Shown here: positions 50,873 through 59,663 of the stretch, piece after piece
How positions within the stretch are numbered: the first letter of the stretch is position 1
Layout of the letters: every line of letters starts with the position of its first letter
NCBI GenBank assembly: GCA_963777605.1
Contig: CAVZRV010000008.1
Span: 320,001 to 384,000, forward strand
DNA: 64,000 nt
Direction: 5' to 3'
Origin: an uncultured Acidobacteriota bacterium
GTDB taxonomy: Bacteria > Acidobacteriota > UBA6911 > RPQK01 > JAPXNP01
The notes under the pieces: generated by a model
The model's database searches: none
Told to the model about the DNA's origin: nothing
The model's input: only the letters and a program-made list of their open reading frames with translations
Program-made: the position numbers and the translations under genes

Positions 50873-52843
50873 ATGTCGAACAAAGAAAACCGGTGGATTC
50901 GGCACTTTGCGATTGTGTCGAGTGTGATCGTAATCAGTCTCGTCCTGTTTCGCGGAACCTTCGAGCAGGGGATGGAGATGGACGAGGTGACCCGGGTGAT
51001 CAACCTCATTCCCCTCCTCAACGGAGGGGCGCAGCCGGTCGGGAATGCCTTCCTGAGCTTCGATCTCTTTGGGCGGAGTGTCCCCGTCATGTTCAAAGAG
51101 TACATTTCATCGGCTTACCTGCTAAGGTTCGTGCCGCTGGCGTTTTTCCCCGATCCACTGACGGGCATCCGGTTTCTCTACTGGTTCTACTTCATTGCCT
51201 CGGTGCTCGTGTTTTACGCTGTAGCGGCCCGGCATGACTGGTACGTTGCCGCCTTTGGGGCTCTCCTGATCATTTCGTCACCTCTGTTCTACCCGGAGGT
51301 CCGGATCGGCTTTGCGGACACGCTCCACATCCTCTACGTGAGCGGAGCCGCTTACTTCTTCGAGCGTTTTCTCTTTCGCGGCGAACGAAGCAGAGACCTA
51401 TTTGTTGCGGTCTTCCTCCTCTTTTTCTGTGCCAACCAGATATTCTATTTTTCGTGGGTCATTGCCGCGGTGGGGCTGTCGGCGCTGCTTCTCTATCCGG
51501 GCTATGTCTGGGAGATCTTCCGCACGCCGGGGAGGTTCGTCGTCGTTTTCCTGGCTGCCTGTGCGGGACTGATCAATTTCGTGGTCTACAACCTGGTGTC
51601 CGGGATGCCGACGCTGGTGGTTCTCTTCAATCGCTGGTTTCGACCCGAGGAATACGCCCGGGCGCCGATTGACTTCAAGGTCACCCGTTCCCTCCCGGAC
51701 GAGATCCGGACGAAACTGATTCAGTTGCCGCAGTATTTCGATGCTGCGGATGTCTATGTGTGGGGATATCTCTGCGTTGCCGCGATTCTGGTCGTCTTCC
51801 TGTTGGTCTCCCTCTCCAAGGGTCGGCTAAAATCCCGGCGGCCCTATTTCTTCCCCGTCCTGGTTGCCTTGATAACCCTTGTCCTGGTCCTCCTGACCCC
51901 GAACACAACCCGGGTCGGGCACTATGTCTTTCTGGCCCCGGCTCTGCAACTCTCGGTAATCTCGGCGATCCTCGGCCTGGCATCTCTCCTCGGCAAAGGC
52001 AGGTTGAGCCGGTCGGTGACGTGGGTGGCCCCCCTGCTTGTCCTGACCGCCAATTTGACTGTCTCGAACGAAGCGATCGCCCGGCGCAACCGAACCGGGG
52101 GGACCCGCCTCTTTACGCCGGCTGTGTTCGAGTTTTCGGACTATTTGAACGAGCACTCGATCGATTCCCGCAACATTTTGTTCACGGTCTGGGGGCTCTA
52201 TGCACAGCCCTACTTTCTGAACTGGGGAGACTTCACGATCCGGCAGGTGGTCTACGACCTGATCGATCTTCGGGACGCGGCGGCGCAGCAGGCATTCATC
52301 GATCGACTCTTCTGCTCATACCAGGCCCTGCCAATTTCGGGCGATCGGCTCTACCTCCCGCTCTACGCCGACTATCGGACCGACATCAACGACGCGTTGC
52401 TTGATTACCTGGATGTTCAGGGCGCCGAGGTCACGCTGGAGAAGAGCTTCCTTGAGAAGAACGGTACCCCGGCCATCCTCCTTTACCGGGTTGACGGGGT
52501 GCCGGCACTGATGAAGGAGTGCTGTGCCCCCATTCGCCAGGCTCCGGCCTGCAGCGATATTGCCATCACGAAGTACGGTCCGGAGTCAGTTGCGCCGGAC
52601 CGAGAAGAAGACCTGGCAATGTGGTTCATGGGAACGAACCTGACCCCTTCCACCCGGGTCACTCTCGACGGGATCCTGCTCCGAACGGTTTTCGCCGGGG
52701 ATTATGTCACGGCCCTGGTTCCCGCGGCGCGCACCCGGGAAGCAGGGCAGTACCCTCTCAACCTTTACGATTTCGGTCAGAAGTGCCACTCCAACACCGT
52801 TCAACTGAAGGTGGAAAAGCAGGCTAGAAAAGGGGATAAATGA
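50873..52843 (+). CDS. Multi-pass membrane protein, GT-C glycosyltransferase-like, with C-terminal extracellular domain
   Basis: EMDE acidic motif after the first TM helix, ~10 TM segments; divergent from carH and convergent with the carbamoyltransferase operon. Confidence 0.6.
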   Translation: MSNKENRWIRHFAIVSSVIVISLVLFRGTFEQGMEMDEVTRVINLIPLLNGGAQPVGNAFLSFDLFGRSVPVMFKEYISSAYLLRFVPLAFFPDPLTGIRFLYWFYFIASVLVFYAVAARHDWYVAAFGALLIISSPLFYPEVRIGFADTLHILYVSGAAYFFERFLFRGERSRDLFVAVFLLFFCANQIFYFSWVIAAVGLSALLLYPGYVWEIFRTPGRFVVVFLAACAGLINFVVYNLVSGMPTLVVLFNRWFRPEEYARAPIDFKVTRSLPDEIRTKLIQLPQYFDAADVYVWGYLCVAAILVVFLLVSLSKGRLKSRRPYFFPVLVALITLVLVLLTPNTTRVGHYVFLAPALQLSVISAILGLASLLGKGRLSRSVTWVAPLLVLTANLTVSNEAIARRNRTGGTRLFTPAVFEFSDYLNEHSIDSRNILFTVWGLYAQPYFLNWGDFTIRQVVYDLIDLRDAAAQQAFIDRLFCSYQALPISGDRLYLPLYADYRTDINDALLDYLDVQGAEVTLEKSFLEKNGTPAILLYRVDGVPALMKECCAPIRQAPACSDIAITKYGPESVAPDREEDLAMWFMGTNLTPSTRVTLDGILLRTVFAGDYVTALVPAARTREAGQYPLNLYDFGQKCHSNTVQLKVEKQARKGDK

Positions 52844-53021
52844 AAGGGCCGGCCGCAGTTCCACCGAGAATCAGGAGAACTCCGAACAGGAGCAGCACCA
52901 GTAGGATCGGCAGCAGCCACCACTTCTTGTTGTGACGGAGGAAGTCGATCATTTCACGGGCCAGGCCGGTGCGGGCACTGTGTCCGGCGCGTTGGAACTC
53001 AGATTCCTGGTCGTGACTCAT
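52824..53021 (-). CDS. DUF5989 / SxtK-like small membrane protein
   Basis: FLRHNKKWWLLPI...AAGPFIYPLF. Confidence 0.88.
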   Translation of the reverse strand: MSHDQESEFQRAGHSARTGLAREMIDFLRHNKKWWLLPILLVLLLFGVLLILGGTAAGPFIYPLF

Positions 53022-53041
53022 TTCAGGCTCCCTGTCTATGG

Positions 53042-53473
53042 CTAAAACTGTCGGAAGTAGTCTTTTGCCGAACGCTCCCTCTTCCGCGTCACCCAGTAAG
53101 TGTCCACACCCGAGGGTTTGCTCCGGTGCAGTGGGTCCCATCCGACCATTTTAAGGATGAGCCCGACGATTGAGAAGACGACGAAGTAGAGTATGCCCAG
53201 CAGGACGTGGCTGAGCACCCATCCGATCGGAAACGCGGCTCCCATCCAGCCGAGGTAGACCGGGCGAAGCCAGGATGGCCGAACGCTCGCGAGCAGGATC
53301 GCCAGCACGGATAGAACGAAGAAGACCAGAGCAGAAGTCGGGGGAGCACTTCCCTGGCTCCAACTTCTCCAGGCCGTGACAGCGCCGACAAGCAGGCAGG
53401 CCGCAGCCATGAGCCAGCCGAACTGGCGGAGGGTGCGCAGGTCTGGTTTCCAGTCGATCGTAATCAGGCTCAT
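53042..53473 (-). CDS. SxtJ family membrane protein
   Basis: LRQFG, PVYLGWM, DPL...TYW...YFRQF. Confidence 0.85.
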   Translation of the reverse strand: MSLITIDWKPDLRTLRQFGWLMAAACLLVGAVTAWRSWSQGSAPPTSALVFFVLSVLAILLASVRPSWLRPVYLGWMGAAFPIGWVLSHVLLGILYFVVFSIVGLILKMVGWDPLHRSKPSGVDTYWVTRKRERSAKDYFRQF

Positions 53474-53557
53474 GTAACAAGGACGCCGCCGGCCGTCCGG
53501 CTCGGGATCCGGGAGAAACGCCGACCAGGCCGGCATTCATCTCCCCTCCAAAATCGA

Positions 53558-55402
53558 TTAGTCGAGGTCGAAGCGGGACAGGTGCTCGCGCGTGCGAACC
53601 CGGTTGGCCGCCGGCTGGTCCTCCTTTCTCAACAGGTAGTCTCCCAGAACCAGCACGTCCATGTCGGTCGCCATAAAACACCGGTAGGCATCTTCGGGCG
53701 TGCAGACGATCGGTTCGCCACGGACGTTGAAACTGGTGTTGATGACGACCGGGTTCCCGGACAGCGTTTCGAACGCCCTCAGGAGCCCGTGGAACCGGGG
53801 GTTACGGGTCTGGTCCACCGTCTGCACCCGGGCCGAGAAATCAACGTGGGTTACCGCGGGAATTTCCGAGCGGCAGACGGGGAGCTTGTCGAAGCCGGTC
53901 GATTGTTCGAGCTGGTCGAGACAGTCGGTACGTATGACGTCACGGACGTCGGCAACCAGCAGCATGTAGGGGCTCTCGGTGTTCTCGCTCAGTCCGAAGA
54001 ACTCGGAAGCCCTCTCCCGCAGGACCGCAGGGGCGAACGGGCGGAAGGACTCCCGAAACTTGATTTTCAGATTCAGCTGTTTCTGCATTTCCGGAGACCT
54101 GGCATCGCCGAGGATGCTCCGGTTTCCCAATGCCCGCGGGCCAAACTCCATTCTCCCCTGGAACCAGCCCACGACCTTGCGGCTTTCGATCAACTGCGCG
54201 ACCGACCGCTGAAGTTCATCGAGGTCCTCGATGTGATCGCACCGCGCCCCGACCGAGTCCAGAAAGCGCGCGATCGAATCCTCCGTGTATTCGGGGCCCA
54301 GCAGCGTGCCCGCCTGAGCATCGTCCGGTTCCGGTTGGCGAGGGTTCTGAAGAAGCTGGTACCAGGTGAACAGGGCCGCTCCCAGCGCCCCTCCCGCGTC
54401 TCCCCCGGCGGGTTGGATCCAGAGGTGATCGACTCCCCCCTCGCGCAGGATTTCCCCATTGGCGACACAGTTGAGGGCGACTCCTCCAGCCAGGCAGAGG
54501 TTTTTCATCCCGGTTTCCTGGAGCGCGAAGCGGGCCATGCGCAGCAGAATCTCCTCGGTGACCTTCTGGATGCTGGCGGCCAGGTCCATGTGGAACTGGG
54601 TCAGGGGTGACTCGGGAGTTCGCGGAGGTGCGCCGAAAAGCTGGTGAAACCTGGGGCCGGTCATGGTGAGCCCCTGGCAGTAGTTGAAGTAGTCCTGGTT
54701 CATCCAGAACGAACCGTCCGGCTTGATGTCGAGCAACCGGGTCCGGATCAGGTCGGCAAACCGGGGTTCCCCGTAGGGTGCCAGTCCCATCAGCTTGTAC
54801 TCGCCGCTGTTGACCTTGAAACCGGTGTAGTAGGTGAACGCGGAATAGAGGAGTCCGAGGGAGTGCGGAAACCTGAGTTCGCGAATCAGTTCAATGCGGT
54901 TGGAGCGGCCCGTTCCGATGGTGGCGGTGGCCCACTCTCCGACTCCGTCCACCGTCAGGATCGCGGCCTCTTCGAAAGGTGACGGGAAAAAGGCACTCGC
55001 CGCGTGAGATTCGTGATGCTCCAGGAAGACATACCTTCCCCGGTAGGAATTGGATAGCTCCCGATCGAGGGTTTTCTGGATGAACAGCTTCTCCTTGAGC
55101 CAGAGCGGGAGGGCCCGGCTGAAGCTGCGAATTCCGCGTGGGGCAAAGGCCAGGTAGGTCTCGAGGAGGCGGTCGAACTTCAGGAGCGGCTTCTCGTAGA
55201 AGACAACGTAGTCGAGGTCTTCCGTCGTCAGGCCGGCGTGATCCAGGCAGTAGGAGACAGAAGCGGAGGGAAATCCCGCGTCGTGTTTCTTGCGTGAGAA
55301 GCGCTCTTCCTGGGCGGCAGCTGCAATGACCCCGTCCTGGACGAGAGCCGCAGCCGAGTCATGATAAAAAGCGGATATCCCGAGAATGTTCATGCCGGAC
55401 AA
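53558..55402 (-). CDS. Carbamoyltransferase (NodU/CmcH/SxtI family)
   Basis: ILGISAFYHDSAAAL, EERFSRKKH, EHHESHAASAF, GEYKLMGLAPYG, EFGPRALGNRS and NTSFN. Confidence 0.96.
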   Translation of the reverse strand: MSGMNILGISAFYHDSAAALVQDGVIAAAAQEERFSRKKHDAGFPSASVSYCLDHAGLTTEDLDYVVFYEKPLLKFDRLLETYLAFAPRGIRSFSRALPLWLKEKLFIQKTLDRELSNSYRGRYVFLEHHESHAASAFFPSPFEEAAILTVDGVGEWATATIGTGRSNRIELIRELRFPHSLGLLYSAFTYYTGFKVNSGEYKLMGLAPYGEPRFADLIRTRLLDIKPDGSFWMNQDYFNYCQGLTMTGPRFHQLFGAPPRTPESPLTQFHMDLAASIQKVTEEILLRMARFALQETGMKNLCLAGGVALNCVANGEILREGGVDHLWIQPAGGDAGGALGAALFTWYQLLQNPRQPEPDDAQAGTLLGPEYTEDSIARFLDSVGARCDHIEDLDELQRSVAQLIESRKVVGWFQGRMEFGPRALGNRSILGDARSPEMQKQLNLKIKFRESFRPFAPAVLRERASEFFGLSENTESPYMLLVADVRDVIRTDCLDQLEQSTGFDKLPVCRSEIPAVTHVDFSARVQTVDQTRNPRFHGLLRAFETLSGNPVVINTSFNVRGEPIVCTPEDAYRCFMATDMDVLVLGDYLLRKEDQPAANRVRTREHLSRFDLD

Positions 55403-55473
55403 GAATGCTCATGATATCCGATTCAGCGTAGGGCAAGCGTCCCCGCTCGCCGCGAAGTCGAAACCAGGAACAG

Positions 55474-56664
55474 TCAGGCCTCGAGCAGCAGCAACTCACT
55501 CTGAGGCGAGGTCGTGACCTCGGGTCCCGACGGCGTAATGTAGACATTGAGCTCGCTGCGGATCCCGAAATCTTCCAGGTAAATACCCGGCTCGATGGTG
55601 CACCCGATGCCGGGAACGACCTCGCGGGTGTCATGAGTTTCGAGGTTGTCGAAGTTGACGCCGTTTCCGTGTACCTCCGTGCCGACGTTGTGCCCGGTTC
55701 GATGGATAAAGAATTCGCCGTAGCCGTTATCCTGAATGACCTCGCGCACGGCGTCATCGACTTCCCAACCCTGGATCGCGTGGCCGGAGCCGATCTGCTT
55801 CGCCAGGAATTCGACGCCGGCGTCCCGGGCCCGGCGCACGATGTCGAACACTTCCTGGATCCGTGACGGGGACGATGAGCCGAAGAAGCCGGTCCAGGTG
55901 ATGTCGGCGTACACCGCCCCCGGTTCTTTCTTCTTGGCCCAAAGGTCGATCAGAAGGAGGTCACCACGTCGGATGGCGGATGCCGTGTCGGGTTCAGGGG
56001 CGTAGTGCGGGTTCCCGCATGACCGTTTGCCGCCACGATGGGAGGGAAGTCGGTTTCCATCGACTCTTCGTTGAGGCGGCGCATCAGGAAGTCCTGAATC
56101 TCCATCTCGTCAGTGGCGCCCCGTTCGTGAATGAGTTGCCGCGCCCTGTCGAAGGCCTCGTGCATGAGCCTGGTGACGATCCGGGCGGACTCCCGGTGCC
56201 CCGCCAGTTGAGCGTCGCTCCAGACGCATTCGAAGTACTGGATCAGATTGGCGGACGTTTTGATCTCGGGAACCCATTGCCGGACCAGTTCCAGGGTTCC
56301 GGCATCGACCTTGGAAACGTAGGGGATGCGCTCCGTCCGGCGAGTACTGCATGGCCAGTGTTCCGAGTCCCGCGAGAGCCGCCGCAAGGTGTTCCTGCAG
56401 AGACGGCCATCCCAGGTAGACCTTTCTTTCTCCGGGCAGGCTGTCGAGTTTTCCCCTCTCGATGCGATGAACGATTTTGACCGGGGCCCCCTCTGCAGGG
56501 ATCAGGTAGAACCAGCGGCGCGTGGTGTGAGACTCCGCGTCGAGTCCCAGAATCTGGTAGCCGATCGGGTCACTGCCGCGGAAGTCGAAGAAAAGCCACC
56601 CGTCGATGCCCGACTCCCGGAGGATGTTCTGAATTCGTTCGACGACCGCTGTACTGTTTTCCAT
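55474..56664 (-). CDS. Xaa-Pro aminopeptidase (M24 family); two frameshifts
   Basis: FFDFRGSDP, TRRWFY, SKVDAG, YADITW, HRTGH and TIEPGIY split over three frames. Confidence 0.87.
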
Positions 56665-57389
56665 CAGAGTTGATACCTTTCCAGGATAGTCTTCCTGATT
56701 CGCTCCGCCACTTCCTCGAGGGGCTCGTCCCGGTAGTCTTCATATTCAACCACCGGGTGAATCACCAGCCCCATGCGCCCGGGGTGGATCACCACCGAGC
56801 CGCGCCGGAGACGCTTATGCGCCCCGATTATGGTGATCGGGACGATGGGGGCTTCGGCATGTTTCGGCAGCAGAAAGGCGCCCCGCTTGAACCGTTCGGT
56901 GACACCGTCCATAGTACGCATCCCCTCGGGATAGATCACGAAGGACATCCCGTTGCGAATCCGTTCCGCTACATCCTGGTAGAGACGGATCGTCTGTCTC
57001 GGGTTGCGGTTGTGGACAGGGATGTTCCCTGAGCGGCTCAAGTGCCATCCCAGGAAGGGGATTCGGAAGAGGGAGGCCTTGGCTGCAAACCGAAACTGAA
57101 ACGGGATGAAACGGAGCAGCGCCCAGTGGTCAAACATGCTCAGGTGGTTGGCCATGAGCACGTATCCGCGTCCCGGTTGCAGTTTCTCGAGGCCTTCGAC
57201 ATCGACTTCGACGCGAGAGACGAGGAAGATGAATCCGGCCCACAGGCGGGCGCAACGGTGCTGCATGCGTCCCGTTCTGTCCAGGAGTGAAAAGAGGACA
57301 CTGACCGTCGATAACAGTCCCGTCATCAGAAGGATGACCGGGACCCGCCAGATCGAGTTCACGACGGGCAGAATTTCATTTCGCCGCAT
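56664..57389 (-). CDS. plsC: 1-acyl-sn-glycerol-3-phosphate acyltransferase
   Basis: NHLSMFD, YPEGMRT and FKRGAF. Confidence 0.92.
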   Translation of the reverse strand: MRRNEILPVVNSIWRVPVILLMTGLLSTVSVLFSLLDRTGRMQHRCARLWAGFIFLVSRVEVDVEGLEKLQPGRGYVLMANHLSMFDHWALLRFIPFQFRFAAKASLFRIPFLGWHLSRSGNIPVHNRNPRQTIRLYQDVAERIRNGMSFVIYPEGMRTMDGVTERFKRGAFLLPKHAEAPIVPITIIGAHKRLRRGSVVIHPGRMGLVIHPVVEYEDYRDEPLEEVAERIRKTILERYQL

Positions 57390-57525
57390 GAAGGCCAACA
57401 TTTTGGCACGAGCCTCGCCCCGTGTCGACTTGACCGTCTCGGCCGCGAGAGTAACGGATGCACGGAGCCTGGAAATGGCCTATACTCCATGCCCGAAGCT
57501 TCAATACCATGCACCCGGAGGAATC

Positions 57526-58608
57526 GTGAGCGAGGTTTATATCGTCACCGGAGGAGCCGGCTTTATCGGCTCCAATTTCGTGCGCACCTGCATGGCCCGC
57601 AAGGCCGGCCGGGTGGTCGTTCTGGACAAGCTGACATACGCCGGAAACCGGGACAACCTCGGGGATTTCGAGGTGGATTCGGATTTCAGGTTTGTCGAAG
57701 GAGACATCGCCGACCGAGAGTTGGTCCGTCGTCTGATCGGGGAAGAGCAGCCCACGGCGATTCTCAATTTTGCGGCCGAGACCCATGTCGATCGTTCGAT
57801 CGACGATCCCGAGTCGTTCTTGCATACTAACGTTCTGGGGACCTTCGTACTCCTCGACGAATCGCGGTCGTTCTGGCAGGGGCTGGAGGGAGGCGGGCGA
57901 GACCGGTTCCGGTTTGTCCAGGTATCGACTGACGAAGTCTATGGGAGCCTGGGAGAGACGGGGCTTTTCTCGGAAACGACCCCGGTCGATCCGAGTTCTC
58001 CCTACTCCGCTTCCAAGGCGTCAGCCGATCATTTCGGGCAGGCGTTCTTTCGGACTTACGGCCTGCCGACGCTGATCACCAATTGTTCCAACAACTACGG
58101 CCCTTACCAGTTTCCCGAGAAACTGCTCCCCCTGATGACGCTGAATGCCCTCGAGGGCAAGCCGCTCCCGATATACGGAGACGGGGGAAACGTCCGGGAC
58201 TGGCTCTACGTCGAGGACCACTGCCTGGGGATCCTGGAAGTACTGCGCCGTGGCCGCCCTGGGGAACGCTACAACTTGGGCGGAAAGTGCGAGAAGCGGA
58301 ACATTGAGATAGTCGACTTGCTCTGTGGCCTGCTCGAAGAGTTGAAGCCCGCCTCAAAGAACCCGGCTCTTCAGAGGGCCGGAAAAGGCGGCTACCTGGA
58401 CCTGAAAACCTTCGTCCCTGACCGGCCGGGACATGACCGGCGATACGCCATCGACACGACAAAGGTCGAGCGGGAACTGGGGTGGAGGCCGTCGCACACG
58501 TTCGAGAGCGGACTGCGCAAAACCGTGAGTTGGTATCTGGAACATCTGGATTGGTGTGAATCGGTACAGTCCAGGGGTTACCGTCGCGAGCGTCTGGGGT
58601 TGGGTTAG
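57526..58608 (+). CDS. rfbB: dTDP-glucose 4,6-dehydratase
   Basis: VTGGAGFIGS, DKLTYAG, AAETHVDRSI, STDEVYG, YSASKA and DRPGHDRRYA. Confidence 0.97.
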   Translation: MSEVYIVTGGAGFIGSNFVRTCMARKAGRVVVLDKLTYAGNRDNLGDFEVDSDFRFVEGDIADRELVRRLIGEEQPTAILNFAAETHVDRSIDDPESFLHTNVLGTFVLLDESRSFWQGLEGGGRDRFRFVQVSTDEVYGSLGETGLFSETTPVDPSSPYSASKASADHFGQAFFRTYGLPTLITNCSNNYGPYQFPEKLLPLMTLNALEGKPLPIYGDGGNVRDWLYVEDHCLGILEVLRRGRPGERYNLGGKCEKRNIEIVDLLCGLLEELKPASKNPALQRAGKGGYLDLKTFVPDRPGHDRRYAIDTTKVERELGWRPSHTFESGLRKTVSWYLEHLDWCESVQSRGYRRERLGLG

Positions 58609-58696
58609 CGCACGCGAGACCGGAGGAAGGTCCATTCCCCGCATCACCCACCCGGGGGCGAGGGCGGCACATTGATCCGAGAAGAAGGAATTGAAC

Positions 58697-59566
58697 ATGA
58701 AGGGAATCGTATTGGCCGGAGGCTCGGGAACACGGCTGTACCCCCTGACCCGGGCGGTCAGCAAGCAGCTTGTCCCAGTCTATGACAAGCCCATGATCTA
58801 CTATCCTCTCTCCGTCCTCATGCTGGCGGGGATCCGGGATGTCCTGGTCGTCACCACGCCCCACGAACAGGCCAGTTTCCAAGGCTTGCTCGGCGACGGG
58901 AGCTGGTTCGGAATGAATTTCAGCTATGCTGCCCAGCCCCGGCCCGAAGGGATTGCCCAAGCCTTCGTTATCGGGCGGGAGTTCATTGGGGCCGATCGAG
59001 TCGCCCTCATCCTGGGAGACAACCTGCTCTACGGTCACGGTCTCTCGGAGTCGCTCCAGCGCTCGGCAGGACGGGAGTCCGGGGCAACGGTTTTCGCCTA
59101 CCCGGTCAGCGATCCGGAACGTTACGGCGTGGTCTCGTTCGACGAGTCGGGACGAGCCGTTCAGATCGAGGAGAAGCCGGCCAAGCCCCGTTCCAATTTC
59201 GCGGTCACCGGGCTCTACTTCTACGACAACCAGGTGGTCGAGATCGCTGGGGCACTCAAGCCTTCGGCGCGGGGTGAACTGGAGATCACCGACGTCAACC
59301 GGGCCTACCTCGAACTTGGAAAGCTGCAAGTGGAGCGGCTGGGCCGGGGAGTGGCCTGGCTGGACACCGGCACTCCGGAATCTCTGCTGCAGGCATCCAA
59401 TTTCATCCAGACTCTGGAGCAGCGCCAGGGCCTCGCGGTTGCCTGTCTCGAAGAGATCGCCATGAGGATGGGCTACCTGTCTCGCGAGGAAGTCCGCGAG
59501 CGCGCCGAAACGATGTCCAACAGCTCCTATGGCGAGTACCTGTTGAGGGTACTCGACAACAGCTAG
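58697..59566 (+). CDS. rfbA: Glucose-1-phosphate thymidylyltransferase
   Basis: [37 protein letters not shown] and WLDTGT. Confidence 0.97.
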   Translation: MKGIVLAGGSGTRLYPLTRAVSKQLVPVYDKPMIYYPLSVLMLAGIRDVLVVTTPHEQASFQGLLGDGSWFGMNFSYAAQPRPEGIAQAFVIGREFIGADRVALILGDNLLYGHGLSESLQRSAGRESGATVFAYPVSDPERYGVVSFDESGRAVQIEEKPAKPRSNFAVTGLYFYDNQVVEIAGALKPSARGELEITDVNRAYLELGKLQVERLGRGVAWLDTGTPESLLQASNFIQTLEQRQGLAVACLEEIAMRMGYLSREEVRERAETMSNSSYGEYLLRVLDNS

Positions 59567-59663
59567 TCGGAAAGGTCCGACCAGTCCGCTTTGCCTGACT
59601 CGTCTGACGGGTTTACCCCAGGCCGCTCGGCGTCGGTGAGGCCGTGTGCTAACATTCGATTCC

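Noticed and set aside
52824-55402. Saxitoxin biosynthesis cluster
   Set aside because: Only sxtI/J/K-like genes are present; no sxtA, sxtG or other core genes in the window.
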